A stretch of DNA of 63,605 nt, counting the filler, from Olpidium bornovanus S191 (lineage: Eukaryota; Fungi; Olpidiomycota): NCBI GenBank assembly GCA_017911155.1. It is 28 parts of 28 records of this genome, joined end to end, with 100 filler letters (N's around TTAATTAATTAA, not from the genome) between each part and the next. Parts side by side here need not be neighbours in the genome. Positions count along the whole stretch, not along the records: positions 37,074 to 39,593 come from JAEFCI010000572.1; positions 39,694 to 41,044 come from JAEFCI010011821.1; positions 41,145 to 45,117 come from JAEFCI010007230.1; positions 45,218 to 47,364 come from JAEFCI010010706.1; positions 47,465 to 50,929 come from JAEFCI010011043.1; 23 more parts are not named here. The stretch is one strand, 5' to 3'. Under the pieces are notes generated by a model. That model was not told the origin of the DNA, searched no databases, and saw only the letters and a list, made by a program, of their open reading frames with translations. This document shows positions 36,974 through 48,970 of the stretch, piece by piece; the stretch's first letter is position 1, and each line of letters opens with the position of its first letter. The position numbers and the translations under genes are program-made.

Positions 36974-37521
36974 NNNNNNNNNNNNNNNNNNNNNNNNNNN
37001 NNNNNNNNNNNNNNNNNTTAATTAATTAANNNNNNNNNNNNNNNNNNNNNNNNNNNNNNNNNNNNNNNNNNNNCATGGCGGTAGCGGGGGATTGACGGAG
37101 GAGTCTTTGGCCTTCGTCGACGAAGACGATTGGGAGGAGACTGTGACTGAGCAGTCAGTGCCGATGCCGCCCAGCGCGGCCCAGGAGTCGATTCTCCAGG
37201 AGGCACACGTGTACCGATACGGGGGATGGATATTTTTTACCAAGGAAGCTTATTTTTGGTTTTTCTCAAATTTATTCCATTTTTTTTACTTTGCATTACT
37301 CTACCTTCTAAAAGTCTTCCATTTTTACCTTGCAGAGTTTATCACATAATTTTACCCCACTGAAGTCTATTCCGTTTTTCCCTTGGAAGTTTTTTTCAGT
37401 TTTAGTCATTTAAATTTATTCCGCTCTGGAGATAAAAGGACTTTACCCCCACCCCGGTAAGTTGTAGAACAGGGAACGGAAAGGGATATTTCTACAGCGT
37501 ACGTGCGGAAAAGCATTGTGG

Positions 37522-37788
37522 GCTTTTTTGGTGTCGCCAGGGAGTATAAAACCCAAAAGCTCGGCTGGGAAGATCAGAAAAAAAAGAAAAAACTTTGCAT
37601 TCCTGTTGTGAACCGTATGATGCGCTCTACGGGTCACGTGACCATCAACGTGCTTTTTTTGGTGTTGCCCGGGAGTATAAAACCCAAAAGCTCGGCGGGG
37701 AAAAACAGAAAAAATAGAAAAAACTTTGCATTCCTGTTGTGAACCGTATGATGCGGTCTACGGGTCACGTGACCGTCAACGTGCTTTT
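37522..37788. repeat. 131-bp tandem duplication, each copy with TATAAAA and the palindrome GGTCACGTGACC
   Basis: ggtgtcgccagggagtataaaacccaaaagctcgg at 37530 recurs at 37661. Palindromes at 37632-37643 and 37763-37774. Confidence 0.92.
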
Positions 37789-37963
37789 GCCAGGAGGCGG
37801 AACTGGCGTATCTGGCTTCCTCCATTTCGGCGCGAACAGGCAACAAAGGAAGACGGGATGAAGAAGAGAGCAGAATTGCAACAGTTCCGCTGGGAACCAG
37901 TTCCGAATGTCGCGCTTTGCTTGCCGCCTTTCTCGTTGGTATATCCGACGGCGGTCACGTGAC
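37632..37963. promoter_or_regulatory. Cluster of three GTCACGTGAC extended E-box (bHLH-ZIP; Cbf1/CDEI-, USF/TFE-type) palindromes
   Basis: Exact 10-mers at 37633, 37765 and 37954, plus 41695; 9/10 variants at 1507 and 22096. Function is inferred only. Confidence 0.45.
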
Positions 37964-38312
37964 GCGCTGGCAAAGCTTTTCAACACTCCTTCTGGCTGGC
38001 TCGGACGTTCCCGACACGCAGGAGCTAGTTCGGGATCCGGGCTCACGGGCGACGGCGGTGGGGACAGTAAAGGTCCCGTGGCCGGAGCGGCGACCGCGTT
38101 TGGTCGGAAGCTGTCGACGGGGTGGCAGCTCCTCTTCCTCCGCCTTCCGTTTTGCAGCAAGGAAATCACCGTCTGACCAGCTGTCTGCCCCGAACTCAGT
38201 CGTCACACTTGCGTGGGCAAGATCATCCTGTTCCGGATCGCGAACCTCAGCCACCCACAGGGGCTTCTGTTCGCCGACTGTACCCCTCCCTAGGGGCGCG
38301 GCTGGCGGGGCT

Positions 38313-39476
38313 TTAAACGGTTCCGCGTTGGAACCCGTAGGCGGGGTTGCGTTGCGCTTTCGCGGGTGGTTTGGCGCATTCTCGCAACAGATATCCGACC
38401 TCACCGCAGTTGAAACAAGTGACGCTCGCAGACACTCCTTCCCGCTGCGCCCGGGCGCGCTGACCGGCGCGTTCCTGAGCGACCAGATACAACAGCGCTT
38501 GAACTTGATCGTTGCCTTGGGTCTGGCGTTGGATCTGCTCGGTTAGTTGCTGGATAAGTAACATCATACGGAAAAGCGCTTCTATGACGGCTTCCAGTGC
38601 GGTATCGGTCAAAGTAGTCCTCCTGGAGGTGGGTGTCGGTTCGATGCTGCGGCTCGACTCTTCGTCCGGGTCTTGACGGGGGCAGAGCGGCGACGGGGGG
38701 GACGGGACGGCCCTTCCGCTTCGCCCTCATCTGAACTCGTGGCGTCCGAGGAGGCCGAATCGGACGACCGCAGGGAGATTAAGCTGTCGCTGTTGTCATC
38801 GGAAATCTCGACGTGCTGGTTGCGTGTGCGGGACAGTCGGACGCGTGTTCGAACCCCTACCAGGCGTTTAGCAGACAAGTACGCATCTCCGAGGGTGGTG
38901 GGTTCGGTCTCCTCGACGCGAACCCAAAGCTTGAGAGGGCGCACAGCTCCGACAAAGACATCCCGAGTGATGGCGGAGTCATTCCGCTCCTTTGCCTCGC
39001 GCCCACGTTGACGAACGCGGTTGTAGAGGCGGTTGAGGGTGTCCCTCTCACTCCATTCTACATCGAGTAGGCATCGAAAGGCTGAGGAGTCTTTCTTCTT
39101 GTGGCCAAAACGGACTTCCAGGTGGTGCCAACTGGAAGCTAAACAGGAGGTTTTCCTCGCTTCGCGGAGATACTTCCATTCGGTGATGGTGCCTTTCTCC
39201 AGAACGCTCCGGAGGTAGGCCAAAATTTGCTTCTCCCTCCGGGCCGTCTCCTCGAAAGTGGACTGTGTGGTGGCAGCGGCGGTGGACGCGGACGAACGCG
39301 TTCCGGAGCGCTTTCCCGCCCTCCTGGCTGATTGCCTAGAGAACCTTGGGTCCAAAGTCCGGAGACGTCTCAACCGCTGCGAGAAACTCCTTCTTAAACT
39401 CGTGGAAGTCCTCCTGACGGCGTCCACCGAACGTAGGTTAGCTCAGGGGGTTCGCTGTGAAGGTGCGGCGTGGCAT
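38313..39476 (-). mobile_element. Decayed Ty3/gypsy-type gag pseudogene (capsid plus zinc knuckle)
   Basis: ATG at 39476 reads MPRRTFTANPLS*PTFGGRRQEDFHEFKKEF (PxFxGxxxED gag start), then WKYLREAR...SWHHLEVRFG...VFVGAVRP...EPTTLGDAYLSAK and a knuckle CFNCGEVGYLLREC (H to Y). In-frame stops and at least 2 frameshifts; no pol follows. Confidence 0.75.
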
Positions 39477-39693
39477 GGTGAAGGAGGGGGAAACAGAGGG
39501 GAGACGGAGTGATATGACGGCTGACCCAAGTGTGGAATGTCAACGCGGCGCGACGGAGGTAACACTTGCCGCCAGTGCTGCTTCAAACTCGGCNNNNNNN
39601 NNNNNNNNNNNNNNNNNNNNNNNNNNNNNNNNNNNNNTTAATTAATTAANNNNNNNNNNNNNNNNNNNNNNNNNNNNNNNNNNNNNNNNNNNN

Positions 39694-39729
<36 letters not shown>

Positions 39730-39797
39730 GCCCCGCACCAGCCGGAAACAGCGCGGAACGGGGCGAGAAGCGGGGGAAGAACAAAAACACTGCTGCG

Positions 39798-40975
<1,178 letters not shown>

Positions 40976-41229
40976 GTGGGTGTTTTTTTTCCTTCGCTTG
41001 GCGCGTAGCAGGCTTCGTTTGTGTGTGTTTTTTTGTGACGCATGNNNNNNNNNNNNNNNNNNNNNNNNNNNNNNNNNNNNNNNNNNNNTTAATTAATTAA
41101 NNNNNNNNNNNNNNNNNNNNNNNNNNNNNNNNNNNNNNNNNNNNCGGTGGCCTGGCGGTGTGCGTTGCATGTGTGCTGTCTTGGTGTGGTTCAGCGCTCA
41201 GCAGCTCTTGCACGCGACGTAGGCTCCGT

Positions 41230-41470
41230 GTGCCGTCCCGCGCTTCCGTTCGGCTCTCGCGTCTCACGCGTCTCCCGAGCTCCGCGTGCCGCGCCAGACG
41301 GCTTCCGTCCAGTGGCGGCTTCTCCCGCGTCTCCCGAGCCGGACGGCTTCCGTTCGGCTCTCGCGTCTCCTGTGCTCCGTGTGCCGCGCCGGACGGCTTC
41401 CGTCCAGTTGCGGCTTCTCCCACGTCTCTCGCGCCGGACGGCTTCCGTCCAGTGGTGGCGGCTCTCGCGC
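41230..41470. repeat. Complex degenerate tandem array built from CCGGACGGCTTCCGT(C/T)C / GGCTCTCGCG modules
   Basis: The GACGGCTTCCGT core recurs 4 times (near 41297, 41342, 41391, 41437), with a partial copy near 41242. Confidence 0.78.
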
Positions 41471-42169
41471 CGTGAGCGACGGTGTCGGTGAGCGGCGACG
41501 GCGACAGCGCTTGAAGCGGCGGATGGCTTCCTCCGCGGAGAGGCTGAGACTCTTAATCTGTTACGTTCAGCTCGACGTTCTCTCGTGTATTTGTTATGGT
41601 TGACGGTTACAGCAGGGAGGTGCCGGGCGGTCAAAAGAAAAAGAAAAAGGGGGGGGGGCAAAAACGAGGGCGCATATCTGAACATGCGCCTCCTGTCACG
41701 TGACTCGCTGACCCGCATTGTGGGGTCACAGACGCATGTTCCGTCCGCATGGGCCGCACCCTCTAGCAGGGGACACACCTACGGGATGAAAGGATGCGCC
41801 CACACAACGGACATGCCCATGCGCGTCCGCCCATGTGGGCGCTCACACAACTACAAGACGTCCGCACCGGCGTCGGGCGACGCCATGCACATAACGAGGC
41901 CGTAGATTTCCGCAATTCTAAAATCCAGGACGAACCTGTTTCAGACCCCAGAACCTTGACCCCGAGCTAGGCTTGATTCTTTCCTGATCATTGTCGTGTC
42001 CAGATCACGCTTAACGCGTCCGACAATAAAAAAAACTTTGCCACATTGCCCCCTCTGCCTTTGAGACACAATTTGCGCTCCCGGGCCTCGTCAGCGGCAG
42101 TCCCAGCTTCGGAGTCCCTCTGTTTCGCAAGGTCTGCGGGATGACAGCTTCCGCGGGGCCTTTCTGGGA

Positions 42170-42236
42170 TTCTTTGCAAGTCGACGCAAAATGCTCAAAT
42201 TCTTGGAAACTGTATCATTGCACCTTGCGAAGGTCG
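42170..42236 (-). pseudogene. Decayed retrotransposon Gag zinc knuckle
   Basis: DLRKVQ*YSFQEFEHFASTCKE converts to the canonical KVQCYSCQEFGHFASTC by three point changes. Confidence 0.4.
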
Positions 42237-43023
42237 CCTTTCTCCTTATTTGACATTTTCCCTTGAGTAGCAGCGCGGCCACACCCTCACCGACTTCCTC
42301 CTTGCGGCGTCGCATGTCGGGCGTCGCAGAGAACGATAATTGTATTAGCGAGGGCCAGGTCATTGCCGGAGAGCGAGTGTCAACGCCCCAGGCGTCTGCG
42401 CCGGCCGAGGGTCCTGCTGAAAGGTCCGCAGCCGCCCTCGCGGCCGCCCCCCGTTATTTCGGACTGTCAGCCGCCGGCTGCGCGTACACCGGGAGGTTTA
42501 CGAGGTTTGTGATCTCGTCGCTGGCGAAGCCCATGGTCCGGACGTTTCAGTTTTGGGCCGTGGGCCGTGAACACGCAGTTCGCAGGCGACGGTTAAATTT
42601 TCTCTCCCATTCTCGTTCTTCCTTTAATCCTTCACGTTGCATGCGCGACAAGTGCGGGTTTCCCGGAACCGCAATACGCGATGCTGCCTGAGTGCACGTT
42701 CGGCGAAACCCCAGCCTCGCGCGGCACAGCAGGTGCGGGGGGCCCGCATTATCGCAACGGTCGGTCTGGAGGTAACAACAAAAACTTTTTTCGGAATTCC
42801 TACGTGAAATCAAACCCACACTTAAACGCGGACAAGAGAGAAAAGATGGCAGGACAAAAACTTAAAGGATAAACGTCGACCGGAGTGACAACGTGGTAAG
42901 GTATTTCCGAATAAACAAAATGCTCGGAGGGAGGGCAGTTGGAGGCCCCTGTGGATATGTGTACGCCAACGTGGTGCCCCAGGAAAAGAACGAAGCTAAT
43001 TTGCAGTGCGCAGTTTTTCCATT

Positions 43024-43646
43024 TCACGGTCCCTGGTTTTCCGAAGATGTGGCCGGAAAAGACGGCAGGTCGCAGATCAGAATCCCCTCCGTGAACAGGC
43101 CTCCCAAGAGCATCTATAGACGAAGGAGAACCGACGGTTGGTAAATTCTATTAAGCTGTTTGGAAAACAAAACATATCGACGCAGAGGCCATCTCTTTAC
43201 CTTTCCGCCTCTGGGGTACGGTGCGGCTACACGTAAAATTCACGTTTAGGAAAAGTGGGAGTTGGGCTCCGGGCCTGAGTATCACGGATTGCCGATCCTC
43301 TATCCTGGTCCATAACGAGCGCGGTCGAAAGACCTACCAATGGTCACTCCGGAAAAGAAACCGCCGTCGTCCTGGAACACGGCATCGACCTGGTACTTGA
43401 CGCCGTAAAATCGATCCTCGCGGGTGTTATTCTGAGCAACGCTAACTCTTGAAGGCGACTTTATCTCAAAGCCATTTAAACGCGCTAGAGCCTTCAGGGG
43501 TTGCGGGTGGCCTGTGGCGGGGGAGCGCGAGTTAGTCGGCCTCGGGGGGGTAACTTTCACAAGCGCGCCAGGGTTTGGATTTTTTCCGAGTCTCGGACAA
43601 AAACCGTCGGGGACACAAATCAAATCCCCCTCCCCCGCCTCAGGTC

Positions 43647-43680
<34 letters not shown>

Positions 43681-44966
43681 GTTCCGGTGACCTTCACTGA
43701 CCGGCAGTGTAAATCGCTCCGGTTTCGGGATCGACGGCAACGTTGTCCACTGCGAACCCGAAGTGGATAAAATCCCTCTTCTTCAGTTCGCCCTCCTTCG
43801 TCCGCAGGAACACCGACGTTCCCAAGGCGCCGACCTGGTTTACGTACAACCTGCCCGCGGCGTCCGCCTCGATGCCGTTCGCGTACGTTAACCTTTCGGC
43901 CACGATCCGGACCTCCCCGGCGCGAGCTCCGTCGCGGTACACCACGTTCGACCACGGCTGCCGACCGATCGACTCGACTAGCTGCTTCCAAACGTGTTCC
44001 GCGGCGTAGAAATGGTCGTTGGTCACGTAGAACGAGTCGCGCGACACCGGGACCACGTCGTTCGCTGCCCAGATCAGAGGGTCGTAAACCGTTTCCAGAT
44101 GCTTGGCTTTCTTCGTGCCGAGGGTGTGCTCAAACTTGTAAAAAACATCGACCCGGTCAGAAATCCACGTTTGTATGGAAGTTGACGGCCCGAACTTAGA
44201 TTACAAACAAGATTCTTACCAGAGATACAGCTTCCCCCTTCCGATCATGGTTGACAGCAGCTATGACGATGGTGTTTTCGTCCAGTTGATGGATGCCTAC
44301 GCCGTGGCTGACAAAGTCTCCGGAAAATCCTTCGAGTTCAAGTTCCGCAAGTCGTCCAGTCTACTTTAACACGGGGAAATCCGCCCACCTGTGAGCGGAA
44401 AGCTCTTGCTCGCAATTATTATTTTTTTGTTTGCGTGGTGCCGGCAGGGGAGCCAAAACGCAAAAAAAAATAAATAAAAAAACCTCGATATTATACGAAA
44501 ACAGTTTGTCTCGAAGAACCGGGGACGCGTTCCGCTTGTGCTTTGGTGGGAACCACATGACCCTGTCGGTGACGTTGGTGCATGCGAAGAACGCGGTGCC
44601 AGACGGCTGGTGGATCACCAGGTCTTCGCATGACTTCGTTTCTACGGTCGACGGGGAGAACATTTTTCGTTTAGGAGCCACACAAACAAACAAGAAGAAA
44701 AAAAAAACGCGCGCGCCCCCTCCATTCATCGGTAATCTTTTCCGCGCAAAATCGACGCCACCCCACTCCGCGTGGTGTCCCTTCTGCGCCACGAAACAAA
44801 AAAAAAAATTCTGCCCAGGCCAAAAACCACCTGAAACTAGCCTGCACGATTGGGTTTTAAAGTTTTTGACGTCCAGCAGGACGCCGGTGTCCTCTATGAA
44901 GGAACGCAGCGGGAAGTAGAGCGCCGCGCCCGCGGCCGCCGCGAGCACGGCGGCCGCGCGAAACAT
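43024..44966 (-). CDS. Paraoxonase/arylesterase (PON)-family Ca2+-dependent six-bladed beta-propeller lactonase, apparently complete, about 7 exons
   Basis: N-terminal hydrophobic anchor MFRAAAVLAAAAGAALYF, then SCEDL, FVSHGV, AVNHD, AANDVV...FYVTNDH, WSNVVY, YANGI, VDNVAVD, and final exons TIAAPYPRGGK/MLLGGLFTEGILICDL...*. All joins are GT-AG. Confidence 0.9.
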
Positions 44967-45217
44967 TGTTGTCTTCGGACGGTCGGGGTGCGAGATTTTT
45001 TTTCTCAAACTGCGGCAGTCTGTCTGGGGTCCTTTTTTTTTGGGGGGGGGGGGGGAACACGACTATGTTACGGACGCCCGCCCCTCCGCCCGCCCCTCCG
45101 CCCGCACGCTTTCACACNNNNNNNNNNNNNNNNNNNNNNNNNNNNNNNNNNNNNNNNNNNNTTAATTAATTAANNNNNNNNNNNNNNNNNNNNNNNNNNN
45201 NNNNNNNNNNNNNNNNN

Positions 45218-47035
45218 CATGTCCTTTCTTATCTGCTCGACAGGATCTGAGAGCGGAACGAAGCAAATGGGCGGTTAGATATTGCGATATTGGAAAAACC
45301 GTGCCAGATAATTTTGCTAAAAGCGCTCGCAAATTTTCGCAGGTACCTGGGGTCATGAGCTTAAGGTACGTGCCCTCGCCGATGTCGGTCAGCCGCTCGA
45401 GTTCATGGAAGATTCCAGTGGCCCCGTCGCGGATGTATATCTCCGGAAAGTCATCCCGTCCGGGGCTGTACTTGAACTTATCCATGAAAAGCATTTTGAG
45501 GGCTGAAATCGTCAGGACGCCGGAAAATGACGTCCGCTTCACCTCATTGGCGACCTGCAGGAACAGGTGCGGGATTGTGACAATGACTGGTGCCGTCGTG
45601 TCGGCCTCGCAGCGTCAGAGAGCAAGAAAAGGTGATAGAAACGGTCACTCCGACAGGAGCGTTCGCCGGGGAAGGGGCAAATGCGTCGCAAAAGCCTGCT
45701 GCATAAAAGCGTACCCTCTTCCGGCCCGGAGGAGCCGCTAAAGCTGTGAAGCGCAGCCACGTCCCTTTCGTCGTTAGGCGCGGCGGTTGTCGACTTGACG
45801 TACGATCGTCTGCGATTGCCTCGTAGGTTAAGGGCGCCGTTCCGCTGGGTGGCCCCGCGACCAGGAGAACCCACGCCGACGCCCGAGACCGTCGTACCGG
45901 ACGCGTCCTCCTCGTCCAGCGGCGGGGCGACGTCGACGGCCAGCGAAGGAGCGCTCTTAGTTGAACGAACGAGACTGTTCGCCCGTTTCCCATCGCCTTT
46001 TCTGGACGGGCTTCGCGACGCCGCGTCGCCGGCCGAGGCCGGAACGGATTCGCGGCGCGGCCTGGGCAACCGCTGCGGAGTCTCCGACGGAAATCCCGTG
46101 CTTTGAGACGCATCCGGCGAGTCGAGTTCGTGCACTCTTTCCGACGTCTCCAGAATTCCCGTAGACGCTTTGCCTGGCACCACCTTCTGTTTTGGCTTTT
46201 CGCCTCTTCCCGCGATAACAGCGTTGTACGCTGCTTGCTTCTTCCGCAGGCCTCCCAGCAGGCTGACGACAAGATCCTTTATCTGCGGCATGTGCCTTTC
46301 CAAAGATGCCACAGACGGCGGCTCAGCAAGAGTGGTCTCCAGAAGGTCTCTGAGGGCGTCCGGGACGGATTTCAAGTCGCTGAAAGTCTCGCGACGGGCA
46401 GATTGCGGCAAAGTCGGTTGCTCAGCAATCCAATCCGAAGCTTTCGTTCGTGAACCTCCGAACCGCGGAGGGGAAAAATCAATTTTGCCTTCTCACCTCA
46501 TGGAGACGTCGGCAGCCTCCAACACATCCGAAGCGTTGTAAAAGTGGGTGACGAGCGTCACAAAATTGTCAGAGACGGTCGCGTCGGTAACGGCCGCTTT
46601 AGCCCATCCGGTCAACGAGTCCAGCAGTCGTTTTGTCGCGGCAAAGACTTTAGTGAGAAGAGGGTCGAGTGTGGATGGCTTTTGTGCAGCGCGGCCAGGC
46701 CGGGTCGAGACGAATTGGGGAACCAAAGGACACGAGAAAAACAAAGTTTAAATTGAGCGCCGCAGGATCTACGCCCAAGACGTACCGCCAAGGTCGCGCC
46801 CCGCGCAACTCCCCCCTCTCCCTCCGCTCCCCACCCAGGAGCGCGGCTACCGACAGGGACGGAGGCCGAGGCGGGAAATCCCGACACGGCGGCGCATACG
46901 TGTGCTATTCACCTGCTGCGGCGAAGCGGCGGTCGCCGGAGTCACCGGCGGCGCCAATCGGCCGTTCTCTGGCGAACGCGAAGGCGGCTGAGGCATGCTC
47001 TCCTTTGGCGGCGTGCCCGGCGTGCGGCTGGCCAT
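45218..47035 (-). CDS. BUD6: Bud6/Aip3 actin-nucleation-promoting polarisome protein, 5' portion
   Basis: LLTKVFAATKRLLDSLTGWAK...VSDNFVTLVTHFYNA / DLKSVPDALRDLLETTLAEPPSVASLERHMPQIKDLVVSLLGGLRKKQ is the fungal Bud6 N-terminal helical domain. LTISALKMLFMDKF...FPEIYIRDGATGIFHELE is the start of the AIP3 domain. Confidence 0.85.
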
Positions 47036-47297
47036 GAAAGCCAGCAAGCGCCCCCCGACGGGTAAATTCTTCTACTCGCGCGCGGCCGTGTGCAGTCGCG
47101 GCTTATACGGCCCGCTCTCGTCTCTCTCTCTCCCCCTCTCTCTCTGTCTCTCTCTCTCTCGAGGTGTTCCCGCGCGTGCTGGCAGCCGCTCGCGTTCTCG
47201 GTGCTGTGAAGAGGAAGGGTTTTGGGAGGAAGGAGCGGCGGGGGGTCTTTCTCGCTCTTTCTCGCTCGTTTTAGCAGAAGCGTGTGAGTGTGTGTGT

Positions 47298-47335
<38 letters not shown>

Positions 47336-48410
47336 TTTTTTTTTTTTTTCCCCCCCCGGGGGGGNNNNNNNNNNNNNNNNNNNNNNNNNNNNNNNNNNNN
47401 NNNNNNNNTTAATTAATTAANNNNNNNNNNNNNNNNNNNNNNNNNNNNNNNNNNNNNNNNNNNNCATGCCGTTTCAAAAAGTCAGACAACGCCAACCTCG
47501 GCCCGAGACGGTGATTGACGGCGAAGTATCCCGAGACGGAGGGAGCTCCGGCGAATGTGTCGCAACCAATGTCGTCCTCTTTATGTGACATAGAGGCACC
47601 AAGACAGATAAAGGCAAAATCGAATCTTAAGTCTGCTTTCCGGCAGAACATCGCACGGCGTCAGAATTTCACAATTACGCGAGTTTCGAAGAAAAGAGTG
47701 TGTAACGCGGTGCGGGTAAAACCAAAAAAAAAAAGCAGACAATAAAATTCGGCGTCCCGGACGCGTTGATCATCTCCCGCCGCGCTCGGGGTATTCGCGA
47801 AAACACAAGAGCGTAGACAGCATTCTCGGCCGAATGTCAAATCTCAGCCGGGTTCTGCAGTGGACACAGAGACCGTTGCCCAGGGAGCACCGCGCGGGCG
47901 GTGTTTGACGCGCTTCTCTCCCCACTTTTTTCTTTTTTTTTTTTTTTTTTTTTTTTCCTGTGGTGAAAACGAGAAAACAGAACAAAAAAAAAAAATTAAA
48001 CCGGCGACTCCCTGAGACGGTCCTGGCTCGCCAAGCCTGGCGAACGAGGAAATAAAGACCTTCGGGATTTAACCCGACGGAAGTGTCCTGCCAGCCGCGG
48101 GACCACCGGAGCCACCCGGGGCCGGGGGGAGGGGAAACCAGGCTGCTGTTCACCTTTTTGGAGGAGGGGCCTGGAGGGAGCGAGAGCGAGAGGGTGCGCA
48201 CGCGCACGCAAGGACGCAGCGAGTAGTCCCCAGGGCCATCTTTGCTCCGGGCGTCTTTTGTATGGCGGGAGTCTGCGCGCTCTGCCCGTGTTCGTCGGCC
48301 CTTCCGCAACTTCCGCTCGTTGGCCGGCTCCTGAACCCCCTTGCCGCCGTCGTCGGAACGGGCAACTTCTCGGAGAGAACACGGCGCCGTTGCCGTCACT
48401 TCGAAAAGGG

Positions 48411-48928
48411 ATGGATAGCGCCCTGCCGCTACTTCGTAACGTGCTCTGCGGCCGACGCTACTTCGCTGTGATCGCGGCGGCGTTGGTCCTTCTGGACTGC
48501 GCGCTCACCTTTTTGATCATCGAAAAAGTCCCGTGTAAGGAGACACGCCCGCGCCATCCAGCAGCGTTTGACGCTTTCGCGTCTCCCAGCTGACGAACGG
48601 TGAGATCGCTGCCGCTTCCCGCCCTTCGTCACATTCCGGCGCAGACACGGAAATCGACTGGGTCGCGTACATGCAGGAGGTCGAGGGATACCAGTCCGGG
48701 AAGCGCGACTACGCCGAGTTGCGGGGAGACACCGGCCCGCTGGTGTACGTGCGGCCTGACAGTTCCGGCGGAAGCGAACTGCTTTCGTCGTCTCATCGGC
48801 TGTTTTCTCGTAACTCTGTATTCCCGGGGGGGGGGCCCGGGCGGGGGGGGGGGGGGGGGGGGGGGGCGGAGGGCCCGGGGGGGGGGGGGGGGGGGTTGTG
48901 GGGGGGGGGGGGGGGGGGGGGGGGGGGT

Positions 48929-48970
<42 letters not shown>

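Noticed and set aside
37230-37790. Point-centromere-like element (AT-rich tract plus CDEI-like GTCACGTG)
   Set aside because: There is no CDEIII-like motif, the AT tract is not bracketed in the CDEI-II-III order, and the context is a retroelement remnant. It is kept only as a regulatory or LTR observation.
47465-47600. Minus-strand ORF start (MSHKEDDIGCDTFAGAP...) divergent from ALG3
   Set aside because: It is too short, truncated by the linker and has no recognisable motif.
48824-48970. Long poly-G tract in an ALG3 intron as a G-quadruplex element (similar runs at 14714-14748, 26300-26403, 32600-32710 and 47297-47364)
   Set aside because: Long homopolymer mixtures at or near contig ends and scaffold patches are typical low-quality consensus; their length and identity cannot be trusted without reads.
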